The notes below the pieces were generated by a model. It saw only the letters and a list, made by a program, of their open reading frames with translations, was not told the DNA's origin and did no database searches. Below, piece by piece: positions 14,753-28,395 of a DNA stretch of 64,000 nt; positions within the stretch are counted from its first letter, which is position 1; each line of letters starts with the position of its first letter. The DNA lies in NCBI GenBank assembly GCA_951406725.2, contig OX597836.1:27776001-27840000 (forward strand). Reading direction: 5' to 3'. Source of the stretch: Octopus vulgaris. Its lineage: Eukaryota. A program made the translations under genes and the position numbers.

Positions 14753-15604
14753 GACAGACAAGAAGAAAGTCCCGACAGTGGTGGTTCGTTCAGGAGCGTC
14801 TTCTCCCCTTCGAACAATAAAGTATTCCAGTTCGAACTCGGCTCCAATCCAAGGTCTCCTGACTTTATTGAACCACAGCCACACCATCATCGTTCTCTGA
14901 CCTCCAGCCCAATCAGTGGAATCCAAAGGAAACTGGCCTATCAACCCCCGGGACGTAGTCCTTTGGTGTCGGAAAAATCTGGCGAAGAACCGAAACCTGA
15001 TCCTGGTAGGGAAAGGAGACAATCAAGGCCTTTAATTAGGGGGAAATCAGCGAATCTGCCGAGGGACACACTCAGTGAGAGTATCAGTAACTTAGGGGAA
15101 AGTAGCTGGGTTTCATCGTACAAGGATTTACTGGCTCCCTTTGGAATTAAGAGGAAAAATAACAACGAAGTCACAGACAGCAGTTCTGACTTTGTAAAAG
15201 CGGGAGACTTTCAAAAAACTCAAAAAGCGAAGAGTTTCGACGGCTGTTCCCTACCAATGAGCAGAGACAGTTCCAGCCAAGGAGAATCAAACCAGACTAC
15301 TTCGGTTCGATCGAAAAGTGTTTCGCTCTACCAGACATATTATAGGGAACAAGAGAAGTTAAAGGAGAAGAGTCAGATAACGGTTAAGAGCGCTACAAAG
15401 GCCCATTCAGGTGTGGGTGCCAGCTCTGAGAGTAAAGAAGTTGAAAAGGGTACCGGTGTCGCACGAAAAACGTCTTGCGGGCATAACGAAACAGAACAAA
15501 CTCGGCGTCCATCGATTCAGTTTTTTCGACAAGCGACCATAGAAGGAGACACCGAAGAGCTAATTGCCCCAACAAAAGGAGAACCAGAAAAACCTACAGG
15601 TAAA
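14753..15604 (+). CDS. calpain-like gene exon E: 284-aa Ser/Arg/Lys/Glu-rich low-complexity insert
   Basis: ttttgcag| acceptor, 852-nt non-repetitive open frame, AAA|gtaagt donor. In frame with exons D and F. Confidence 0.85.
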
Positions 15605-15640
15605 GTAAGTATACCTCCTTTGATATTTTTAAAATAACAG

Positions 15641-16035
15641 GGCGGCGAGCTGGCAGAAACGTTAGCACGCCGGACGAAATGCTTAGCGGTATTTTGTATG
15701 TCTTTACGTTCTGAGTTCAAATTCCGTCGAGGTCGACTTTACCTTTCATCCTTTCGGGGTCGATAAATTAAGTACCAGTTACGCACTGGGGTCGATGTAA
15801 TCGACTTAATCCGTGTGTCTGTCCTTGTTTGTCCCCTCTGTGTTTAGCCCCTTGTGGGTAGTAAAGAAATAGGTATTTCGTATGTCTTTACGTTCTGAGT
15901 TCAAATTCCGTCGAGGTCAACTTTACCTTTCGTCCTTTTGGGGTTGATAAGTTAAGTACTAGTGCATACTGGGGTGGATCTAATCGACTGGCCCCCTCCC
16001 CACAAAATTTCGGGCCTTGTGCCTAGAGTAGAAAA
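15641..16035 (+). mobile_element. SINE with Meta/MESC-like core and internal duplication of the core
   Basis: Same head as 14048. The block GTTCTGAGTTCAAATTCCG...GATAA.TTAAGTAC occurs twice. Confidence 0.8.
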
Positions 16036-16189
16036 GGATATATTTTAAGATAACATTAATGACCCGCAGGGATACTGTATTTCATTATGCAACCATAATA
16101 TAATACAAAGTATATCAAATGGTTTTGTAAGTCAATACCGTGTTCTACTGTGTTAGCAGTGCTATAACATCACTTACTCTTACTCTCTT

Positions 16190-16398
16190 TACTATTTTAC
16201 TTGTTTCAATCATTTGACTGTGGCCATGCTGGAGCACCGACTTTAGTCGAGCAAATCGACCCCGGGACTTATTCTTTGAAAGCCCAGTACTTATTCTATC
16301 GGTCTCTTTTGCCGAACCGCTAAGTGACGGGGACATAAACACACCAGCATCGGTTGTCAAGCAATGCTAGGGGGACAAACACAGACACACAAACATAT

Positions 16399-16467
<69 letters not shown>

Positions 16468-16633
16468 TACGACAGGCTTCTTTCAGTTTCCGTCTACCAA
16501 ATCCACTCACAAGGCATTGGTCGGCCCGAGGCTATAGCTGAAGACACTTGCTCAAGAGACCACGCAGTGAGACTGAACCCGGAACCATGTGGTTTGTAAG
16601 CAAGCTACTTACCACACAGCCACTCCTGCGCCT
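16190..16633 (-). mobile_element. major octopus-type tRNA SINE, full length
   Basis: Minus strand: GGCGCAGGAGTGGCTGTGTGGTAAG (A box), GGTTCAGTC (B box), internal (TA)n/(TG)n, and 3' GCTCCAGCATGGCC...GAAACAAGTAAAA. Confidence 0.85.
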
Positions 16634-16952
16634 ATTAAGATTATATTTAGAGATTTTCTACAGAAATTACAGCCAGCACTGGAGCGTCAGATGTAAACAA
16701 CAATAAGGTCGAAGAAGAAAATGCAACCTTAATATACTTCTTAGATGTGTCATAAACGCCCATTACACATTTTTCATCTTTGATCTCATTGTTGTTTGTA
16801 TCGAGTGTCTCGGATAAGAAAACGTAACAAATTCAGAGCTGGTTATAACTAAGGGGTCATTGATGACAATATAAGCTTCATTTAACTATGGTATCTTCAG
16901 CTTGATGATTAGCTAGTGGAGTACCGCTCATTGAGTAATTATTACTTCCGAG

Positions 16953-17259
16953 TTGTTGTTTGTTCCTTCTCGAGCCATGCCTGGCTCATAAGGGCCGGTT
17001 TCACGGTTTCTTGGCGTATAGGTTCCCCACCTGGACGGGACGCCGGTCCGTCGCAGGGGAGCTGCAAGATGCAGGAGGAAAGATTAAGAGAAAGTTGTGG
17101 CGAAAGAATCAGCAGAAATTCGCCATTAACTTCTGCCGGAGCCGAATGGAACTTAGGTGTTTTCGCTCATAAACACACACATCGCCCGGTCTGAGACTCG
17201 AACCCGCGATCCCTCGACCACGAATCTGCTGCTCTAACCACTAGGCCATGTGCCTCCAC
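16953..17259 (-). mobile_element. tRNA-derived SINE with 13-bp TSD
   Basis: Head GGAGGCACATGGCCTAGTGGTTAG...GGTTCGAGTC. TSD TATTACTTCCGAG at 16940-16952 and 17260-17272. Confidence 0.8.
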
Positions 17260-17813
17260 TATTACTTCCGAGGTTCTGCTAAGAAACATATGTAACCTGG
17301 ATTTTACCTGCTCCGTTCCCTCAGTTTGAATTTTTATGTATATGTAAATATGTATGTGTGGGTGGGTGTTAATGGATACCTGTAAATAGATATGTAAATA
17401 CATGTGTGCATGTGTGAATGTATGTCTGTATGTATATGTACGTGTATGAGCGTGAGCGTATGTGTGCGTGCGTGCGTTGGCAAGTGTGCGTGTATGTGTG
17501 TACGGGTAAGCAATAACATCCATTCTCTCCCACACACACTTTTACACGGTCACTTACTCACCGTTGGTCCATCGACTTTTACTCACACCTTCACGCCACA
17601 CCCACACAGAAACACACTCTTTTTAGCATACAATCACACAAGCATCTTTCTCCTTCCATCACTCTCTCTCTCTCCTTCTCTTCCTCCCCCTCTTCCTCCA
17701 TTCATCATTCCTTCTCTTATGCTGTCGTTGTTGTTTTTTTTTGTTGTTGTTTTTTAATCTCTTCACTTATATCCGCCTTTCTTTTTCCCATTCTCACCAT
17801 CTGATCCCCACAG

Positions 17814-17952
17814 AAACAGTCGGAAGAAAAGCGGGGGAAGACGCTGTTTAAGAGCTGCTTAAGCACAGACGAAGATGATGATGATGATGAGGATGTCGAT
17901 GACGTCAGAGATTACACCGGCAAGAATTTATCACATGACACACAGATGACCG
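17814..17952 (+). CDS. calpain-like gene exon F ([30 protein letters not shown]...QMT)
   Basis: cccacag| acceptor and G|gtaata donor. Phase 0->1 bridges exons E and G. Confidence 0.75.
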
Positions 17953-17990
17953 GTAATACTGAGAGCATGCGTTCTCTTTGCCTATATGCT

Positions 17991-18021
<31 letters not shown>

Positions 18022-18082
18022 ACATACATATATACATACACACACATGAGTGTATCTGTAGTGCTGGTATGTGTGAATAATA

Positions 18083-18137
<55 letters not shown>

Positions 18138-18254
18138 GTATATACATATATATATATATATATGTATATATATACATGTACTCGCGTTGTGTTTTCTCTT
18201 TGTGTTTCAATGTTTGGGTTAACTTTATGCATATATATATATATATATATATAT

Positions 18255-18460
18255 AACGGGAAGCTTTATGAAAATAGACAAAAGACGAAGGCAGGTGGAA
18301 AACAAACAAACAATTGTATTAGTATGGCGCTCAGGAAATATAAATAAAACAAGTCTTTAACGTTTCGAGCCTACGCTCTTCAACAGAAAGATACACAGAG
18401 AAAAAAAACACAGAAAGAAGGAGAGAAAAAAATATGCGTGCAGTAACTAACGAATCAATA
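18255..18460 (-). mobile_element. short (TA)n-embedded element with hammerhead-like core, Penelope-terminal-repeat-like
   Basis: Near-identical copy at ~61345-61560. Contains minus-strand cuuu-CUGUUGA-aGAGCguagGCUC-GAAA-CG-UU-aaag. Confidence 0.65.
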
Positions 18461-18578
18461 TGATATATATATATGTATATATATATAAACAAATATATAC
18501 ATAGATACATATATGTACATACACACGCACATACACTCTCACGCACGTTTATATCCACACTTACAGGCACGACAAATA

Positions 18579-18629
<51 letters not shown>

Positions 18630-18864
18630 TGTATATATATATATGTGTGTGTATACACACACACACACATACATACATACATACATACATACATACATAC
18701 ATACATACATACATACATACATACATACATACACTTAGATAAACTTAGATATGTTTCGACCAAATATTGACCCAGGCCATGTCTAACTTAGTAGCAGTTC
18801 CTGATAGGATTAACTTAAATCCCTTTCAAGTCAAGTTTTGTGATATCATGACCCATTCGAGTAA

Positions 18865-18913
<49 letters not shown>

Positions 18914-19306
18914 ATAATTATAAATTTTCTTTAAAGCATCATAGAAAGCAAGGAGGTGCTCGAGTCAAACCCGAGACGCCAAACAAGTTCAAGAGATGCA
19001 GGGAAGAAGTTCAACTCAGGCAGACTTCGATTGGTGTATACATATACGGATTTAATCAAAAGAATTGTCTAAAATATATATTAGTACATTCAAAATATAG
19101 AGATATTGAAATATAGCAACGACTCCATCAATCCCTAAGGATATCTGAAGAAGGAATTTTATATTCCGATATATCATATCAAACTATGGATTATTAAATT
19201 ACAACAGTTATTATAGTAGTCCATTGTTGTTATTCTAGTGCATTGTTGTGCCATTCTAAACACTTTATTCTTTACTCTATACTCTCCTATAAAATGTATA
19301 TGAATG

Positions 19307-19347
<41 letters not shown>

Positions 19348-19349
19348 TC

Positions 19350-19750
19350 ACTCTCTTTTACTTGTTTCAGTCATTTGACTGCGGCCATGCTGGAGCACCG
19401 CCTTTAGTCGAGCAACTCGACCCCAGGACTTATTCTTTGTAAGCCCAGTACTTATTCTATCGGTCTCTTTTGCCGAAACCGCTAAGTGACGGGGACATAA
19501 ACACACCAGCATCGGTTGTCAAGCAATGCTAGGGGGACAAACTCAGACACACAAACACACAAGCACACATATATATATGTATACATATATACGACGGGAT
19601 TCTTTCAGTTTCCGTCTACCAAATCCACTCACAAGGCTTTGGTCGGCCCGAGGCTATAGTAGAAGACACTTGCCCAAGGTGCCACGCAGTGGGACTGAAC
19701 CCGGAACCATGTGGTTGGTAAGCAAGCTACTTACCACACAGCCACTCCTG

Positions 19751-19755
<5 letters not shown>
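19350..19755 (-). mobile_element. major octopus-type tRNA SINE
   Basis: Near-identical to the 16190-16633 copy. Confidence 0.85.
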
Positions 19756-19820
<65 letters not shown>

Positions 19821-20090
19821 CCTCACTAGGACATCATGAACACTCCGAAATTATATTTACAATTATATAAACCACTTCAAATATTATTTTAACAAGTTGA
19901 AAGTGATTTCTTTTGTGCTGTACACCATTTACCAATTCTGGAGGTGACACCTGTTCCCTTGATGCCCTAAGCAGTTGCTTATTTTGGTTAATGGTTAAAT
20001 CCAGTACTGGTTGTGGGTTTGATTTACATATTCTTGATAAGTACTCCAAATTCTTCGATTAATGATAATTATTTGGCTTATTTTATTCAG

Positions 20091-20669
20091 GAGTCCAAGA
20101 ACGGGAAATACGAAAAGAAGGAGAAGAATCGTCCAAACTAGAACTAACCGTTGACAACTCATCGCAAGCTCGGAAGATATCGTCCGAGAGTGAGAAAGGG
20201 GTTCGTGTCACAACCTCCCCGACTAAAACGAACCTTCAGTCAAGTCAAAGCAGCGACGGAAACTCAGACTTTATTGCTTTGGTCAACAAAGTCAAGAAAG
20301 TGCGCCTGCGCAGTGCTCCCGATCGAACACACAGCGAGTCGAGTTCCGGTGGCTTCACTCAACCTCATCAACAACAAGTTTCGATGACTCCACCGACTCG
20401 CAAATATGGCCGTCATGAACGATTAAATCTCTTTTGCCATTCGAACAGAGAGAGCTCTCAGAGTGTATCTGATCTCACCAGTAGAATAGACGCAGGCGCA
20501 GCTACGACTACTACTGCTACACTACTTCCGATCACGGATGAACACAGAAACATGTCCCTCGGAACGGTTTCTTCCCTTTCAGAGTCAAATTTTCTGGCCA
20601 GTAAAGTCGACCATTTCTGTCCGACTGGACGCTGGAGTCAACTTGTCAATTACCATGGAAACTGGACTA
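20091..20669 (+). CDS. calpain-like gene exon G: end of insert and start of domain III (RWSQLVNYHGNWT)
   Basis: ttattcag| acceptor, 579-nt open frame, A|gttagt donor. 'W....YHGNW' matches the start of calpain domain III. Confidence 0.8.
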
Positions 20670-20822
20670 GTTAGTAGAATCATTTCTTTCTTTCTTTCTT
20701 TCTTTCTTCCCCCCTCCCTCCCTTCCTTTCTTTCTTTCCTTCCTTCTTTCTTTCCTGTTCTCTTTTTATTGTTCTTTCTTCTTCCGATCTTAATTTTTCT
20801 TAATTTAAGTATTTCCTTGCTC

Positions 20823-21240
20823 TTACTCTTTTACTTGTTTCAGTCATTTGACTGTTGCCATGCTGGAGCACCGACTTTTAGTCGAGCAAATCAACCCCAG
20901 GACTTATTCTTTGTAAGACTAGTACTTATTCTATCGGTCTCTTTTGCCGAACCGCTAATGTTACGAGGACGTAAACACACCAGCATCGGTTGTCAAGCGA
21001 TGTTGGGGGGGACGGACAAACACAGACACACAAACTTATACACACACATACATATGTATATATATATACATATATACGACGGGCTTCTTTCAATTTCCGT
21101 TTACCAAATCCACTCACAAGGCTTTGGTCAGCCCGAGGCTATAGTAGAAGACGCTTGCCCAAGGTGCCACGCAGTGGGACTGAACCCGGAACCATGTAGT
21201 TGGTAAGCAAGCTACTTACTACACAGCCACTCCTACGCCT
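20823..21240 (-). mobile_element. major octopus-type tRNA SINE
   Basis: Same consensus blocks as the other copies. Confidence 0.85.
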
Positions 21241-21737
21241 GTTTCTACCCTCTGTTTATATATCTTTTTTTTATCAATCTTTCCCTCTAATTTTCATTGT
21301 TTAATTATCCTTCTTCCAGTCCGTCTATCTTTGCAACTGCTTTGTTTAATCTTTATTCAGAGTTTAACAATACCACTGTGGCAAAATACCACATTTGTAC
21401 AGGAAAGACTTCATAGGCAACAACTTCAAATTTGTCGATGCCTTGCATATTTATTTCTATGTGTTTTAGCAAATTCGGAAGTGAATATGCTAATCACTGT
21501 TGGTATTCGCTGGTATTTTATTTATCAACCTCGGAAGGATGAAAGTCACTGTTAACCCGACGCTTGTTTCGGAATCAGAAGGTAAAGGATCGCAGTTAAA
21601 TAGCGCCAAACATTGCATTCCTCCAATCCACTCCTGTCATGTTATGTAATTATTGATATGCCATGATGTGTCCACTGTTATATTAATTGAGGTACCTACT
21701 GATTTTGCATTGCTCTCATATAAATTCTCTTCCAAAG

Positions 21738-21934
21738 AACGGAACAACTCCTTTGACATGGACCAGAATCCAAGGATTTTACTGACTGTCCATAAATTAG
21801 ACGCATGGAAATCGGACCTGGATACAGTTTTCAGCGGACGTAGTCACGTGATCATTTCCCTCCTCCAAGACTACAGGCATGGCTCTTCGACCGCGAACAA
21901 CCTCATCCAGCCGATTGGATTCTGTATTTATAAG
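21738..21934 (+). CDS. calpain-like gene exon H: domain III (CBSW/C2-like)
   Basis: QNPRILLTV...HVIISLLQDYR...IQPIGFCIYK matches calpain 'NPQF.L.L...VLVSLMQK.R...IGF.IYK'. AAG|gtgact donor. Confidence 0.85.
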
Positions 21935-21973
21935 GTGACTTTTATATTGCATTATTTTTTTTTGTTTCTTATC

Positions 21974-22011
<38 letters not shown>

Positions 22012-22474
22012 CGATGATGATGGTGATGACGATGGTGATGATGGTGGTGGTGGTGTGATGATGCCGATAATGACGATGATGATGGTGTGATGATGACGAT
22101 GATGAGGAGGATGAAGATGATGATTGTGGTGGTGATGGTTGTGTTAGCGCCTTGTAATAATGTTCTTGTTGACGTTATTGTGGTGGGGCTGTAATAGCAG
22201 AGCAGTGGCACGGTGATGGTGTCTTGCTTTGTATTGCTTAGTTTTCATAGCGCAACGTTGATGTAGTCATGACAACATGTACCGTAGTTTGATTGAATAT
22301 GTTTCGTTATAAGTAAACGACAGTGATTACGTAACATACTCTACAACTAACAAATTAATTTTGTATCAGAATATATATAATGAATTTAACATTTATCAGG
22401 ATTGCATTGGTGGATAATTGAAGGAATACATTTATATAATAACTATTGACACAAACAGCAGGGATAAGAACAGG

Positions 22475-22770
22475 CACGTGGCTTAGTGGTCGTGAGGTTG
22501 TGAGTTCGATTCCCAGCATTATGTCCTTGAGCAAATCACTTTATTTCAAATTGTTACAATCCACCCAGTTGACAAAAATGAATAGTGCCTGTAATTCAAA
22601 CGAGGCCAACCTTGTCACATTCTGTGTTGCGCCGAATCTCCCTGAGAATTACATTAAGAGTACACGTGTCTGTGGAGTACTCAGCCACTCGAAGATTAAT
22701 TTCACCAGCAGGCTGCCCTGTTGAACGAATGAACTGGAACATTGGTCGACGTAACCGACGGAGTGCCCGG
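22475..22770 (+). mobile_element. tRNA-derived SINE (family of 666-1023)
   Basis: GTGGCTTAGTGG...GAGTTCGATTCCC head. The body is the reverse complement of blocks in 666-1023. Confidence 0.65.
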
Positions 22771-22865
22771 TCATTGATAAAAACAGCAGAAATACGGACA
22801 TGTGTATAACATTTTTTTATATAAAACTGTTTGTTTCTCACTCCCACTCTCTCTCGCTCTTTCGT

Positions 22866-22905
<40 letters not shown>

Positions 22906-22970
22906 ATACTATTTCTCTATCACTTATACACTCTCTCATACTATTTTTCTCTCTCCTTTAACAAAACCAG

Positions 22971-23188
22971 ACGAAGTACCCGGAGAAGGACGAGAAGAAG
23001 CTTCTTTCCAAGCTGACGTTTGTAAGCAAAGAGATGTCAAATGGTGGGTCACGTGAGGTAATCAAACGGACCAATCTGGAGCAGGGAAATTATTTCATTG
23101 TGCCATTCTGTTCCAACAAGGAGCATACTGGCGAGTTCATAGTTCGAGTCCTGGCTGAGAAGAACGTCAAAGAGGAGAAATCAGATTG
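22971..23188 (+). CDS. calpain-like gene exon I: C-terminal half of domain III
   Basis: SREVIKRTNLEQGNYFIVPFCSNKEHTGEFIVRVLAEK matches calpain 'REV..R..L.PG.YVIVP.TF....EG.F.LRVFSEK'. TG|gtgagt donor (TGA stop at 23190-23192 if unspliced). Confidence 0.88.
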
Positions 23189-24219
23189 GTGAGTTACGAA
23201 AACTCTGTGTGTGTGTGTGTGTGTGCGTGTGCATGTTTGTGTGTGAGCCTGTGTGTGTATGCGAGTGTGCGTGCGTATGTGCGCGTGTGTGGGTGTGTGT
23301 GAGTGTGTGTACGTGAATGTGTGTGTGTGTGCATGTTTGTGTGTGAGTATGTGTGTGTATGTGAGTGTGCGAGCGTCTGTGCGCGTGTGTGAGTCCCTGC
23401 GGGTGTGAGCGAGTGTGTGTGCCTGTGTGTGGGTCTGTGAGTGTGTGTGTGAGTGTGTGTATGTGCTTGCGAGTGTATGCGTGTGTATGTGTGTGTATGT
23501 GAGTATATGTGTGTGTGTGCGTGCATGCGTGTGTGTGTTTGTGTATGAGTCTCTGTGTGTGTGTGAGTATGCATCCGTGTGTGAGTGTGCGTGTGTGTGT
23601 GAATGTACGAAAACACGTGGCCAAGTGGTTAGAGCATTGCACTCACGATCTCATGAACGTGGTTTCGATTCCCCGCAGTGGATAATCCTGCGACGGACTG
23701 AAGTTCTGTCCAGGAAAAGTAACGGCCTGTCCACCCAAATAACAGCGTAACATCATTCGAAAGTTACAATGCGAGGAAGCACATTGTGACCAGCGATGTA
23801 TAACTTCTACAAGTTCTAGTGCATAATTACACACAGACGCCTACACACACACACACACACAGACAAATACACACATACAGAAATATATATAAACACACAA
23901 ACGGAAACACATACACACAGAGAAATACACACACACACGAGACCGTTCCTACCTATATTCACCCACGTACGTTCAAGCTTCTACTCGGTCTACGTCTGTT
24001 GTCCTTCAATTCTGTACTCTGAGTCTTGAGCTCCGCTTTCAGCTTCCACAGCAGAATGCTATTAGCAAAGTTAACTGCATTTATTTTTGATGATTACGCC
24101 ATGAATTCCTTTCTTCCAAAATTACTCAACCCTACCAACCTCCACACTTCACACTGACCCAAACACCCTCATATGCATGCACACATACACACACATAAAC
24201 ACACACACATTTAGTCTAT

Positions 24220-24617
24220 TCTTTTCTACTCTAGGTACAAGGCCCGAAATTTTGGGGGAGGGGGCCAGTCGATTAGATCGACCCCAGTACACAACAGGTA
24301 CTTAATTTATCGACCCCGAAAGGATGAAAGGCAAAGTCGACCGCGGTGGAATTTGAACTCAGATCATAAAGACAGACGAAATACCTATTTCTTTATTATC
24401 CACAAGGGGCTAAACACAGAGGAGACAAACAATGACAGACAGACGGATTAAGTCGATTATATCGACCCCAGTGCGTAACTGGTACTTAATTTATCAACCT
24501 CAAAAAGATGAAAGGCAAAGTCGGGCTCGGCGGAATTTGAACTCAGATCGCAAAGACAGACGTAAATACCACTAGGCATTTCGCCCGTCGTGCTAACGTT
24601 TCTGACAGCTCGCCGCC
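24220..24617 (-). mobile_element. SINE with Meta/MESC-like core (duplicated core)
   Basis: Reverse complement of the 15641-16035 family. Confidence 0.8.
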
Positions 24618-24742
24618 TTCTTTGTCGCCTTATTAACTCTGAGACCTTTGTCGCCTTATTAACTCTGAGACCTTTGTACCTAACTGCCACAAATGACAAA
24701 ACGAGTACGTTTTGAAGTCAGATTCCATTAACTTACCACTCG

Positions 24743-24826
<84 letters not shown>

Positions 24827-24853
24827 ACACACACACAAACACACATACACACA

Positions 24854-24887
<34 letters not shown>

Positions 24888-25057
24888 TGTGTATTCCTTT
24901 ACTAACAAATGAGGCTGTAGTTCGTCTGTAAGTTTCTGTTGGAGTTTGTCGAATAAATAAATTTGGCTCTAAAATATATATCGAGTACCTTTTATGATGT
25001 CTACAAACATGCGCTCGCACAATAACGCATACACATACCTTTCCCTATCAGTGTACA

Positions 25058-25133
<76 letters not shown>

Positions 25134-25409
25134 CATATATATATATATACACATACATACATATATTTCATTTTTTCATTTTATCTAGTTTTAGCTCACG
25201 AGCTGTGGCCATGCTGGGGCACCGCCATTCAATATATATATATTTATGTATATATATGTATGCATGTATACGTGCATACGGTGGCACACACACATATGTA
25301 TGCGAATGTGAATGTGTTTAATTATGTGTGTGTCTGTGTTACTGTATGTATCCATGTGTGTGTGAGTCTTATATAAATGCGTGCGCATACAAAGCGTGCG
25401 TGCACACAC

Positions 25410-26062
25410 AGATACATGCATACATACATACATACATACATACATACATACATACATACATACATACATGCATACATACCTACATACATACATACATACA
25501 TACATACATACATGCATACATACATACATGCATACATACATACATGCATACATACATACATACATACATACATACATACATACATGCATACATACATACA
25601 TACATACATACATACATACATACATGCATGCATGCATACATACATACATACATACATACATACATACATGCATACATACATACATACATGCATACATACA
25701 TACATGCATACATACATGCATACATACATACATGCATAAATACATACATACATGCATACATGCATACATACATACATACATACACACATACATGCATACA
25801 TACATACATACATGCATGCATACATACATACATGCATACATACATACATACATACATACATACATACATACATAAATACATACATACATACATACATACA
25901 TACATACATGCATACATACATACATACATACATACATGCGTACATACATACATACATACATACATACATACATACATGCGTACATACATACATACATACA
26001 TACATACATACATGCATACATACATACATACATACATACATACACACATACATACATACATA
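25410..26062. repeat. ~650-bp (CATA)n/(CATG) microsatellite
   Basis: Visible tandem tetranucleotide array. Confidence 0.95.
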
Positions 26063-26186
26063 TATACAAGGATGCAACACGTATAATGCATTATTTAATC
26101 AACCCGTATATGTATATATATATATTTTTTCTCCTGCCTTATATTTTGTTGTTTTTGTTTTCTTTCTCTTCCAACTCGGTACCTAG

Positions 26187-26199
26187 TAAATTATCCTAG
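26187..26199 (+). CDS. calpain-like gene, putative terminal coding exon J (C-K-L-S-stop)
   Basis: Long pyrimidine tract with acctag| acceptor. Phase-2 join TG|T AAA TTA TCC TAG. AATAAA at ~26291 downstream. Confidence 0.5.
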
Positions 26200-26429
26200 A
26201 ATGACAGCGAAGAAGAACGAGAAGGAGAAGAAGAGGGAAAAGAAAAATGGTGGAAGAAGTGCGGGGGGGAGGAAACAATGGAAGGAAAGAAATAAAGAAA
26301 CAAAGAAAGAAAGGAAGAGAAATGAAGAACAAGAAGAACAGAAAAGAAAAAAAAAATGGAAAAAAAAATAAAAAGAATCCAAACAGATACATCCCGAGGA
26401 GAAAACTGAAACAAGAATAGCAAGAAATA

Positions 26430-28055
<1,626 letters not shown>

Positions 28056-28395
28056 TGTGTTTATAATATATAAAATAAATAAAAATATATATATATAGAA
28101 TAAAACGCGCTGTGAAATGAATAAAATGTCTTTCCTACTTGTTATTTTCGTATTTCTCTTCGTTATGAAATATATGCACTCGCTGTCCGTATTTGAGGTG
28201 AGAGGGTGATCTGATGTCTCAACCACATACGGCTTTATGTGTCTGCTTACAGGAAGATATATATTTACATATTCCTATACACAAAATGTATACATGCATC
28301 CAGCTATACATTCATGTACGCCTGTGCGTGTATTTGTGAAATATATAATTCTTTGTACTATGTCGTCTCAAAAATTTAAGCCTCAAAATAATGTG

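Noticed and set aside
16560-16633. tRNA-like A/B boxes at SINE heads (many copies)
   Set aside because: These are SINE promoters continuing into SINE bodies, with no complete cloverleaf, so they are not called tRNA genes.
24617-24678. Direct repeat CTTTGTCGCCTTATTAACTCTGAGAC x2
   Set aside because: A simple local tandem duplication at a SINE edge, with no spacers. Not a CRISPR, and there is no prokaryotic context.
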